DNA from: Oscillospiraceae bacterium
GTDB lineage: Bacteria; Bacillota; Clostridia; Oscillospirales; CAG-272
Assembly (NCBI GenBank): GCA_015065385.1
Contig: SVQK01000110.1
Span: 150,204-214,203 of the forward strand
Reading direction: 5' to 3'
DNA: 64,000 nt
Shown here: in pieces, positions 56,309-64,000 of the stretch
Layout: each line of letters begins with the position of its first letter
Numbering within the stretch: the stretch's first letter is position 1
The notes under the pieces: model-generated
The model's input: only the letters and a program-made list of their open reading frames with translations
Told to the model about the DNA's origin: nothing
The model's database searches: none
Program-made: the position numbers and the translations under genes

Positions 56309-58594
56309 TCATTCCGCGCGGAGCACGACGCCCTCTCCGGACTCCGGCGCGTCGATGACGAGGGAATCGAGCTTTCCGCGGCGTTCCACGAGAAGGCCGG
56401 CGATCTTGTCCTCGATCTCGGTCTGGATGAAACGGCGCATATTGCGGGCTCCGTACTTGGCGGAATAGGATTTTTCCGCCACATAGTCCCGCGCCGCGTC
56501 GGTGAAGGAGGCTTCGATGCCCTTCTTTTCGAGGATCGAGACCAGATCGGCGAGCATGAGGGCGGCGATCCCGCGGAAGTTCTCCGGCGTCAGGCTGTTG
56601 AAGGTGATGATCTCGTCCACCCGGTTGAGGAACTCGGGGCGGAGGAAATCCTCCAGCGCGCGCTTGGTCTTGTCCTCGGTCATTCCCTTCGGATTGGAGG
56701 TGAAGCCGGGCTTGTTCTGAGCATAGGTGGATCCCGCGTTGGTGGTCATGACGATGATGGTGTTGGTGAAATCCACCTGCTTGCCGTGGGAATCGGTGAT
56801 GATCCCGTCGTCGAGGATCTGAAGCAGGATGTTCATCACGTCCGGATGGGCCTTTTCGATCTCGTCGAAGAGAACGACGGAATACGGGCGGCGGCGGATC
56901 TTCTCGGTGAGCTGTCCCGCGTCGTCGTAGCCGACATAGCCCGGAGGCGATCCGATGATGCGGGAGACGGAGAACTTGTCCATATATTCGCTCATGTCGA
57001 GGCGGATGAAGGTCTCGGGAGAGGAAAACAGATCGTTCGCCAGCACCTTGACCAGCTCTGTCTTTCCGACGCCGGTGGGGCCTGCGAAGATGAAGGAGAC
57101 GGGCTTTCTCTTGTAGGAGACGCCGGTCCTTCCCCGTCTGACGGCGCGGGCCACGGCCTCGACGGCTTCGTCCTGACCGACGATGCGGGCGCGGAGCCTC
57201 TCTTCCAGCTTCTCGAGCTTTTCGTATTCGCTCTCGGCGATGGTGGACGCGGGAACGCCCGTCCAGATCTCGATCACGTCGGCCAGATCGGACTCTTTCA
57301 TGCGGATATTGCCGCAGAGCTCGTCCAGATAGCGCAGTCTCTTGTCGATGCGCATTTCCTCCGCCTTGAGGTCGGCGAGCTGCTTGTACCGCTCCTCCGC
57401 CGCGTCGGGATCCCCGGAGGTCTCCGAGTTGATCGCGTTCTCGAGGTCGGTCTGCTCCTTCTGCACCTCCACGCGGCGGTCGGCCAGCTCGTGGCGCTCC
57501 CCGATCTCGGGGGAATGAACCGCGATGTGGGCGGCGGCTTCGTCGATCAAATCGATGGCCTTGTCGGGCAGATAGCGGTCGGTGATATACCGCTCGGAAA
57601 GCGCGGCGGCGGATTCGAGCAGGGCGTCCGCGATCTTCACGCCGTGGTAGTCCTCGTAGTACGATTTGATGCCCTTCAAAATCTCCACGGTGTCGGAGAC
57701 GGAGGGCTCGTTGACCATGACGGGCTGGAAGCGGCGTTCGAGGGCGGTGTCCTTTTCGATATACTTCCGGTATTCGGTGAGCGTGGTCGCGCCGATGACC
57801 TGAATCTCGCCCCGGGAGAGCGCGGGTTTCAGAATGTTCGCCGCGTTCATGGAGCCTTCCGCGTCGCCGACTCCGACAATGTTGTGGACTTCGTCGATGA
57901 CGAGGATGACGTTTCCCTTTTCCCGCACATCGTTGAGCAGGCCGAGCACCCGGCTCTCGAACTGCCCGCGGAACTGGGTCCCGGCTACGAGCGCGGTCAG
58001 ATCCAGAAGGCAGACGTCCTGATTTTTCAGCTTGTAGGGGACCTCTCCGGCGGCGATGCGCTGGGCAAGGGCTTCGGCGATGGCGGTTTTGCCCACGCCG
58101 GGTTCGCCGATCAGACAGGGGTTGTTCTTCTGGCGGCGGGAGAGGATCTGCACCACGCGCTCGAGCTCCCGGTCGCGTCCGACGATCTTGTCGAGCTTGC
58201 CTTCCTTCGCGCGGGCGGTGAGGTTGGTGGTATAGGTGGAGAGATATTTATACTCCGGCTCTTCCTCCGCTCCGTCCTGCTGCTCCTTCTTTTTCTTCTC
58301 CTTTTTGCGGTTTTCGCCCATCATTTTGGAGAAGTTGAAGAGGGGCGCGCGGCTGTCCTGATTCTCGGAGGCTCCGGGAAACTCGCCGCTCTCCATCATG
58401 GCCTGCATATCGCTGTTGAAGCGGTCGATGGTTTCGTCGTCCATGCCGGTCTGGGCAAGGATGTCGTCGATGGGCTTGATCCCCAGTTCCTTGGCGCACT
58501 TGACGCAGAAACCCTCCTGGGTGTCCGCGCCGTCTTTCAGGGTCCGGAGGAAGATTACGGCCACGCGTTTGTGGCATCTTGAACACATGATCAT
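56309..58594 (-). CDS. ClpA/ClpC-type double AAA+ unfoldase with an N-terminal zinc-ribbon-like domain
   Basis: Walker A motifs are GEPGVGKT and GPTGVGKT. A coiled-coil linker joins D1 and D2. There is a PGF loop. The N-terminus has CSRC...CVKC in place of Clp_N repeats. Confidence 0.9.
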   Translation of the reverse strand: MIMCSRCHKRVAVIFLRTLKDGADTQEGFCVKCAKELGIKPIDDILAQTGMDDETIDRFNSDMQAMMESGEFPGASENQDSRAPLFNFSKMMGENRKKEKKKKEQQDGAEEEPEYKYLSTYTTNLTARAKEGKLDKIVGRDRELERVVQILSRRQKNNPCLIGEPGVGKTAIAEALAQRIAAGEVPYKLKNQDVCLLDLTALVAGTQFRGQFESRVLGLLNDVREKGNVILVIDEVHNIVGVGDAEGSMNAANILKPALSRGEIQVIGATTLTEYRKYIEKDTALERRFQPVMVNEPSVSDTVEILKGIKSYYEDYHGVKIADALLESAAALSERYITDRYLPDKAIDLIDEAAAHIAVHSPEIGERHELADRRVEVQKEQTDLENAINSETSGDPDAAEERYKQLADLKAEEMRIDKRLRYLDELCGNIRMKESDLADVIEIWTGVPASTIAESEYEKLEKLEERLRARIVGQDEAVEAVARAVRRGRTGVSYKRKPVSFIFAGPTGVGKTELVKVLANDLFSSPETFIRLDMSEYMDKFSVSRIIGSPPGYVGYDDAGQLTEKIRRRPYSVVLFDEIEKAHPDVMNILLQILDDGIITDSHGKQVDFTNTIIVMTTNAGSTYAQNKPGFTSNPKGMTEDKTKRALEDFLRPEFLNRVDEIITFNSLTPENFRGIAALMLADLVSILEKKGIEASFTDAARDYVAEKSYSAKYGARNMRRFIQTEIEDKIAGLLVERRGKLDSLVIDAPESGEGVVLRAE

Positions 58595-58671
58595 GGAGGC
58601 AATCCTTTATGTTGGCTGTAATTGAGACTTGATCGTCAATCGCTCCGCTTCCATCGGAAACGCGGACGGAT

Positions 58672-59397
58672 TTATTTGAGCACCTGCGTCAGAAAGGCAA
58701 GCGGATTGTGTTCGACGAGGAACCGGCAGAGGATGGTATTGTCCACGGCCTTGTCGCCGAACCACGACGGATCGAACGCGCCAAGCGCGCGGACTCCGGC
58801 GTCCAGCACCAGCGCAAGCACGGAGACGAGAACGAGGCCTTCGACCGCTCCCACGAGGAAGCCGAAGAACATATTCGCGCTGTTCAGCACGGGCATCCGG
58901 AAAACGGCGTCGAGGATCGCGGTGAGAATGCTCATGACGAGGAACGCGCCGATAAAGATCAGGGCGAAGGAAACGGCGTGCGCGAGGGCGGAGGCGGTGG
59001 GATAGGCCAGCCGTTCCGAGAGGTTGCGAAGGGAGGTCCCGTCCGCTCCGGTGATCCCGCGCATGACCTCCGATACGGAATCGACGCTCACATGGTAGCG
59101 GTCCAGAAGATCGGTAAACCATCCGGGGAGATTCGCAAGGGTGGCATCCAGATCGAAAAGATCCGTGGTGGTGTCGAGGGAGGCGTGAAGGATGCCCTCG
59201 ATGTCGCTCACCATCCGTCCCGCTAAAAACTTTTCCTCAAAGAAAGGGGCGAGGGTCGGGGTAAACGCATAGGCCGCGAGCGCGGATACGGCGGTGTTGA
59301 TCAGCCCCATGACGGAGCGCACGAAGCCCCGGCGTGTTCCTGCCCAGATACAGAACACTGCTGCGAAAATCAGAATGGCGTCGATGGCCAGTTCCAT
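58672..59397 (-). CDS. cvpA: CvpA family membrane protein
   Basis: The 241-aa product has four TM segments. The N-terminus, DAILIFAAVFCIWAGTRRGFVRSV, is typical of CvpA. Confidence 0.8.
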   Translation of the reverse strand: MELAIDAILIFAAVFCIWAGTRRGFVRSVMGLINTAVSALAAYAFTPTLAPFFEEKFLAGRMVSDIEGILHASLDTTTDLFDLDATLANLPGWFTDLLDRYHVSVDSVSEVMRGITGADGTSLRNLSERLAYPTASALAHAVSFALIFIGAFLVMSILTAILDAVFRMPVLNSANMFFGFLVGAVEGLVLVSVLALVLDAGVRALGAFDPSWFGDKAVDNTILCRFLVEHNPLAFLTQVLK

Positions 59398-59482
59398 GGC
59401 ACACCCTCCTTAAAATAGGTTGTTCTGCGCGTTTGCGTTCGGATAAATCAAATCAGCTCGGGACGAGGGGGAAAATCCCCGC

Positions 59483-60694
59483 TCAGTCATCGGCAAAGAT
59501 CTGCCAGGCGGCGGCCTTCTGACAGAGAAGCGCGCCCGAGGACAGGGGAACGACGCCGATGATCTCTCCGGAATCCGGGGCGTAGGATTCAAAGGATCCG
59601 TCCGCGCGCATGCGGATCACGGAGTCGTTGGTGCGGAGGTAACAGACGGCGTCGGAGGGATTGCGTCCCATCGTCACGCCCGCGATCCGCTGGCGAAGCA
59701 CCTCGTCGCAAAGCGTGGATCCGTCGGAATCGAGGACGAGGATCCGGTGCTCGCTGCCGAGGGCGTTGACCTGCCCGACCATGGCGACGCGACCGGACAG
59801 GATATCGGCGTATTTTAAGGTCATGCCGGCCAGGGACACGGTCTTCTGCCGCACGCCGTAAGTGTCGTAATAATGGACGGCGGAATCGCAGAGTACCACG
59901 AATCCGCTCTCCGTCGCACGGGCCATGAGGGGCATCGCGTGACTCAGGATATCGGTGGTCAGGGGCGTCTCCTCCCCCCGCCTGCACACCTCGATCTCAC
60001 AGTCGAAATCCGTGGAGGACGGGACGGCGGAGGCCACAAGGAACTGTTCCCCGTCCCCGGAGATGGCGGCGGCGAGGACGTAGCTGTCCTTATAGTTGAG
60101 CATCGTCTGATTGAACGCGGCGTTGTACAGGCTGACGACATACCGCGTGTCCCTCGACCGGGTGACCATCACGAGGGATCCGTCCGAGGCGATATCCGCC
60201 GCGATGATCCGCTCGTCGCTCTCCCGCGAGACGATGCCGGTGAGCTGGTTGTACACCGCCCATCCGGTCCCGCCGAGATCGAAAAGCAGCATGTACTTCT
60301 CCCCGGGTACGAGGACGGGATCCGACCAGTTCAACGGATCCGAGATGACGGACAGGCCGTTTTTGTCGAAATAGCGGTAGCTGTCCGGTCCGCAGACGGA
60401 GAGGCCGCCCCGGAACCAGGCGAAGGTCGTGTCGGAGGAACCGTTGTAGACGATCCGTCCGAAATCTCTCGCGCTCTCGTCGGCGGCGGTCCCGAAATCC
60501 CGGACCAGATAGCTCAGGTTTTCGGTGGTGATGGAATCGGAGGCAAACACGATCACGCCCCCGAGATAGACGAGAAAGAGGAACAGCGCGGCGATCCCGG
60601 CGGCGGTGTAGCGTTTGGCGATTCTTGCGTAGTAGCGGTTGACCTCGGGCTCGATCTTCCCGGCCACGGCCAGCCGCTTTTCCTTCTGGGGCAT
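59483..60694 (-). CDS. Membrane-anchored hypothetical protein, beta-propeller-like (possibly DUF5711)
   Basis: I chose the ATG at 60694 because it has an AAAGGAG RBS 9 nt upstream; the track start is 60730. There is one TM segment, AAGIAALFLFLVYLGGVIVFA. The family assignment is from memory. Confidence 0.7.
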   Translation of the reverse strand: MPQKEKRLAVAGKIEPEVNRYYARIAKRYTAAGIAALFLFLVYLGGVIVFASDSITTENLSYLVRDFGTAADESARDFGRIVYNGSSDTTFAWFRGGLSVCGPDSYRYFDKNGLSVISDPLNWSDPVLVPGEKYMLLFDLGGTGWAVYNQLTGIVSRESDERIIAADIASDGSLVMVTRSRDTRYVVSLYNAAFNQTMLNYKDSYVLAAAISGDGEQFLVASAVPSSTDFDCEIEVCRRGEETPLTTDILSHAMPLMARATESGFVVLCDSAVHYYDTYGVRQKTVSLAGMTLKYADILSGRVAMVGQVNALGSEHRILVLDSDGSTLCDEVLRQRIAGVTMGRNPSDAVCYLRTNDSVIRMRADGSFESYAPDSGEIIGVVPLSSGALLCQKAAAWQIFADD

Positions 60695-60769
60695 GGGCGC
60701 GTTCTCCTTTCCGTCTGAATGGTCATTCATCCTGATTGTATAGATGGGACGCGGCGGATCCGGCTCCGC

Positions 60770-61576
60770 TCACAGGCATTTCCACCCGATCGGCCTGCCG
60801 TAATCGACGGAGGCGAGGCAGAGTCCGTGCGCGGGGGCTGTTCTTCCCGCCCTTGACCGGTCTCTCGCTTCGAGCACGGCGGGCAGCTCGTCCGGATCCA
60901 TCGTACCCGCGGCGCAGTCCGCCAGCGTTCCGGCGATAATGCGGACCATGTGGTAGAGAAATCCGTCCGCGGACACGGTCAGCTCGATGGAATGCGCTCC
61001 GGTCCGCTCCACGGTCAGGACCTTCACGGTGCGCCGGGCGTCTGTAATTTTCGATCCGGCGGCCATGAAGGAGGAGAAGTCCCTCTCCCCCGGGATGAAG
61101 GAGGCCGCGCGGCGCATCCGCTCCATGCCGTCTTCGCTCACGGGCTTCGGAAGCTGCCACGCAACCGCCGCGGTGAAGGGATCCCGCCACGGAGCGTCCG
61201 TCATGCGGTAGAGGTAGGTCTTTCCGACGGCGGAATACCGGGGGTGAAAATCGTCTTCCACGGCTGCTTCCCCGGCAATCGAGATGTCCGGGGGCAGAAA
61301 GCGGTTCATCGCCCGGTGGACCTTCCCGACCGGGATCCGGAGCCAGCTGTCCGGGGAGTTCCCGTCGTACGGTTCCACGGCCGCGCAGAATCCGGAGGCA
61401 TGTACGCCCGCGTCGGTACGGCTGCAGCCTGTGACGCGCATCGGTCTCCCGAAGCATTCGGAAAAGGCGGCGGTCAGGGTGCGCTGGATCGACGGCTTCG
61501 GCGCGGATTCGTCGTCCTGAGCCTGATAGCCCGCGTATCCGGTCCCGACGAACATGAGTTTCAAGAGGAGCTTCAT
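60770..61576 (-). CDS. truA: tRNA pseudouridine(38-40) synthase TruA
   Basis: FVGTGYAGYQ is present. CSRTDAGVHA carries the catalytic Asp. The gene lies downstream of ecfT, as in many Firmicutes. Confidence 0.93.
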   Translation of the reverse strand: MKLLLKLMFVGTGYAGYQAQDDESAPKPSIQRTLTAAFSECFGRPMRVTGCSRTDAGVHASGFCAAVEPYDGNSPDSWLRIPVGKVHRAMNRFLPPDISIAGEAAVEDDFHPRYSAVGKTYLYRMTDAPWRDPFTAAVAWQLPKPVSEDGMERMRRAASFIPGERDFSSFMAAGSKITDARRTVKVLTVERTGAHSIELTVSADGFLYHMVRIIAGTLADCAAGTMDPDELPAVLEARDRSRAGRTAPAHGLCLASVDYGRPIGWKCL

Positions 61577-61592
61577 TCCGGCACCTCTTCCG

Positions 61593-62420
61593 TCACAGGC
61601 GGATCGTCACGAGGGGGAAGAAGCGGTTGAGGCATACGACGGCGGCGCCGAGAAGAAGGATCAGAGAGAAGAAGATCCAGTCCTTCGGCTCGCTCTTCAG
61701 GGAGTTCATCCGGGTCCTGCCCTCGCCCCCCGTGTAGCAGCGGCACTCCATGGCGGTAGCCAGCTCGTCGGCGCGGCGGAAGGCGGAGATGAACAGCGGG
61801 ATGAGGATCGGGATGAGCGCCCTGCCCCGCTGCAGAAGGCTCCCGGTGGTGAAGTCCGCTCCTCGGGCGGTCTGGGCGTTGATGATCTTCTGGGTCTCGT
61901 CGATCAGGGTCGGGATGAACCGGAGCGCGATGGTCATCATCATGGAGAACTCGTGCACCGGCACCCGGAGCTTTTTCAGCGGATTCAGAAGCTGTTCGAG
62001 CGCGTCCGTCAGAGCGAGGGGCGTGGTGGTATAGGTCATGAACACGGAGGTCGCCACGATCAGAAGCAGGATGCGCAGCACGATCAGGAAGGCGTTGACG
62101 ATCCCCTCCCGGTAGATCCTGATAAAATGGAACTCGAAGAGGAGATGCTCGCCGCGCATGAAAAACAGGTTGATGACCGCCGTAAAGACGATGATGAACA
62201 CGAGCGGGCGCATGGCTCTGAAAATCAGGCGCGGCGGGATGCCCGTCATGAGGACGAACACCACGGCGGCGGCGGTCAGCAGGGCAAAGGCCGTCGCGCT
62301 TTTGGCAAGGAAGATCACGACGATGTAAATCAGCGCGATCACGATTTTGATGCGGGGATCCAGCCGGTGGATGAGAGAATCCCCCTCCACATACTGGCCG
62401 AAGGTGATATCGGATTTCAT
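61593..62420 (-). CDS. ecfT: Energy-coupling factor transporter transmembrane subunit EcfT
   Basis: The 275-aa multi-TM product contains ARGAD, part of the coupling helix motif. It follows two ecfA genes. Confidence 0.9.
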   Translation of the reverse strand: MKSDITFGQYVEGDSLIHRLDPRIKIVIALIYIVVIFLAKSATAFALLTAAAVVFVLMTGIPPRLIFRAMRPLVFIIVFTAVINLFFMRGEHLLFEFHFIRIYREGIVNAFLIVLRILLLIVATSVFMTYTTTPLALTDALEQLLNPLKKLRVPVHEFSMMMTIALRFIPTLIDETQKIINAQTARGADFTTGSLLQRGRALIPILIPLFISAFRRADELATAMECRCYTGGEGRTRMNSLKSEPKDWIFFSLILLLGAAVVCLNRFFPLVTIRL

Positions 62421-62471
62421 ATGGCTGTCCGGCTTTCTCGATTGGAATAGGGGCGGGGACGGCGTCCGGCG

Positions 62472-63317
62472 TCAGAGCAGCGAAAGGATCTGTTCGACGG
62501 CGTAATCCACGGTGTAGACGTCCAGTCCGATGTCCACGCCCTCCTTCTGCAGAGCGGCGGCGACCCGGGTGATGAGCGGAACGTCCAGTCCGACGGCCGA
62601 AAGCTCCTCCGCGCGGGAAAAGACCTCGGCGGTCGGGCGGTGCATGAGGATCTTCGCCTTCGCCATGACGATGATGTCGTCGCAGTACATGGCCATATCC
62701 TCCATGGAATGGCTGACGATGAGGACGGTGGTGCCGCTCTCGCGCGAAAACCGCTTGACGCCGCCGAGGATATCCCTCCGACCCGCCGGATCGAGTCCCG
62801 CCGCGGGTTCGTCCAGAATCAGGATCTTCGGGTTCATGGCAATCACCCCGGCCAGCGCGACGCGGCGTTTCTGCCCTCCCGAGAGATCGAAGGGGGATTT
62901 GGAAAGGAGCTCTTCCGGGATCCCGGAGAAACGGGCGGCCTCTTTGACGCGCGCGTCCAGCTCCGCCCCGTTCAGCCCCATGTTCTTCGGCCCGAATCCG
63001 ATATCCTCCGCCACGGTCTCGGCGAAGAGCTGGTATTCGGGGTACTGCATGACCAGCCCCGCCTTGAACCGGACCTCGCGGATCTTCTTCGGCTCCGCCC
63101 AGATATCGATCCCGTCGAGCAGGACCGTTCCGGAATCCGGCTTCAAAAGGCCGTTCAGAAGCTGAACCAGCGTGGACTTGCCGCTTCCGGTGTGGCCGAT
63201 CAGACCGGTGATGCCGCCGCTCTTCACCTCGATGCTCACGTCGTCGAGGGCGGGGGTGGCTCCGGGCATGCTCTTGCCGTAGGTAAAGGTGACGTTTTTC
63301 AGCTCGATGGCGTTCAT
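62472..63317 (-). CDS. ecfA2: ECF transporter ATPase EcfA2
   Basis: I trimmed to the ATG at 63317, which forms an ATGA overlap with ecfA1. Walker A is GHTGSGKST, the signature is LSGGQKRRVA, and Walker B is ILILDEP. Confidence 0.93.
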   Translation of the reverse strand: MNAIELKNVTFTYGKSMPGATPALDDVSIEVKSGGITGLIGHTGSGKSTLVQLLNGLLKPDSGTVLLDGIDIWAEPKKIREVRFKAGLVMQYPEYQLFAETVAEDIGFGPKNMGLNGAELDARVKEAARFSGIPEELLSKSPFDLSGGQKRRVALAGVIAMNPKILILDEPAAGLDPAGRRDILGGVKRFSRESGTTVLIVSHSMEDMAMYCDDIIVMAKAKILMHRPTAEVFSRAEELSAVGLDVPLITRVAAALQKEGVDIGLDVYTVDYAVEQILSLL

Positions 63318-64000
63318 GACTTTCCTCCCCCGGTCGGCTTCCGTTTCCGGCGGACGGCATCCGCGACGGCTTTCGCGCAGGCATCCGGATCGAAGAGATC
63401 CAGCGGGACGTCCACGCCGTGTTTTCCGAGCTTGTAGGCCAGCTCCGTGGTCTGCGGCACGTCCAGCCCTGCTGCCCACATGGCGGCGGGATTGCCGAAA
63501 ACGTCCCGGGGCGAGCCGTCCAGATAGATCGCGCCTTCGTTCATGACGATGATGCGGTCGGCGAGGGCGGCTTCGTTCATATGATGGGTGATGAGCAGGA
63601 CGGTGACGCCCTGTTCGCGGTTGAGCTTCCTGATGATCTCCATGACCTCCCGCCGTCCCATCGGATCCAGCATGGCGGTGGACTCGTCGAAAATGACGCA
63701 GCGGCGGTTCATGGCGATGGTTCCCGCAATGGCGACCCGCTGCTTCTGCCCGCCGGACAGATTGTAGGTCTGTTTCCGGGCGTATTCCGTCATGCCGACC
63801 GCGGCGAGAGCGTCGTCCACGCGCCTGCGGATCTCGGCGGGCGGGATGCCCAGATTCTCACACCCGAAGGCGACGTCCTCCTCCACGATGGTAGCGACGA
63901 TCTGGTTGTCCGGATTCTGAAAGACCATGCCCACGTCCCGCCTTGCTTTCAGAACGTCGGATTCGTCGGCGTCGGGGGAAGTGATCTCCCGTCCCGCCAC
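63314..64000 (-). CDS. ecfA1: ECF transporter ATPase EcfA1; the 5' end lies outside the window
   Basis: LSGGQKQRVAIAG and VIFDESTAMLDP are present. The ORF runs to the window edge. Confidence 0.9.
   Translation of the reverse strand: MAGREITSPDADESDVLKARRDVGMVFQNPDNQIVATIVEEDVAFGCENLGIPPAEIRRRVDDALAAVGMTEYARKQTYNLSGGQKQRVAIAGTIAMNRRCVIFDESTAMLDPMGRREVMEIIRKLNREQGVTVLLITHHMNEAALADRIIVMNEGAIYLDGSPRDVFGNPAAMWAAGLDVPQTTELAYKLGKHGVDVPLDLFDPDACAKAVADAVRRKRKPTGGGKS

Noticed and set aside
56228-58582. A 784-aa plus-strand ORF opposite the Clp ATPase. Similar long ORFs occur at 61573-63384, 33366-34598, 28336-29577, 19605-21197, 14174-15544 and 9818-11212.
   Set aside because: All are antisense or off-frame shadows of well-supported genes, with extreme Arg, Gly, Pro, Asp or His content.

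Overview
This is a GC-rich, densely coding chromosomal segment. It looks like a strictly anaerobic high-GC Clostridia genome, possibly Oscillospirales or Ruminococcaceae. That placement is an inference from gene content only: desulfoferrodoxin, groES-groEL with a CIRCE operator, ecfA1-ecfA2-ecfT-truA, and a HydABC-type [FeFe] hydrogenase operon. I call about 60 genes. I saw no rRNA, tRNA, CRISPR array, transposase, integrase or phage genes by eye. Because of the GC content, most long ORFs in the supplied track are antisense or off-frame shadows rich in Arg, Gly, Pro and Ala, and I rejected those. Layout: 0-3 kb holds a lipoprotein serpin coupled to a secreted stalk-repeat protein, the latter missing from the track. 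3-17 kb is a carbohydrate and esterase accessory region with clear gene decay: one binding-protein gene and one large (alpha/alpha)-barrel-like gene are interrupted only by in-frame stop codons, four in total. 18-30 kb holds an LtaS-like gene, hydrolases, a sulfatase, a lipase and a GH5 gene. 30-34.5 kb holds a PadR/DUF2812/ABC module. 39-41.4 kb holds groESL. 43.6-53.1 kb holds the hydrogenase operon, with an embedded sensor and kinase-like gene set, plus an Mrp/NBP35 gene. 53.4-64 kb holds a P-type-ATPase homolog with every catalytic motif degenerate, then a ClpC-like gene, cvpA, truA and the ecf genes. The observations most worth a second look are the apparently catalytically dead P-type ATPase, the uncharacterised signalling gene set inside hydABC, the TSCSP variant of the HydA H-cluster L1 motif, the nonsense-only pseudogenisation cluster, and a serpin with a large insertion. 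I cannot show that any of these is a new system. All functional calls rest on motif recognition by eye, with no database search.
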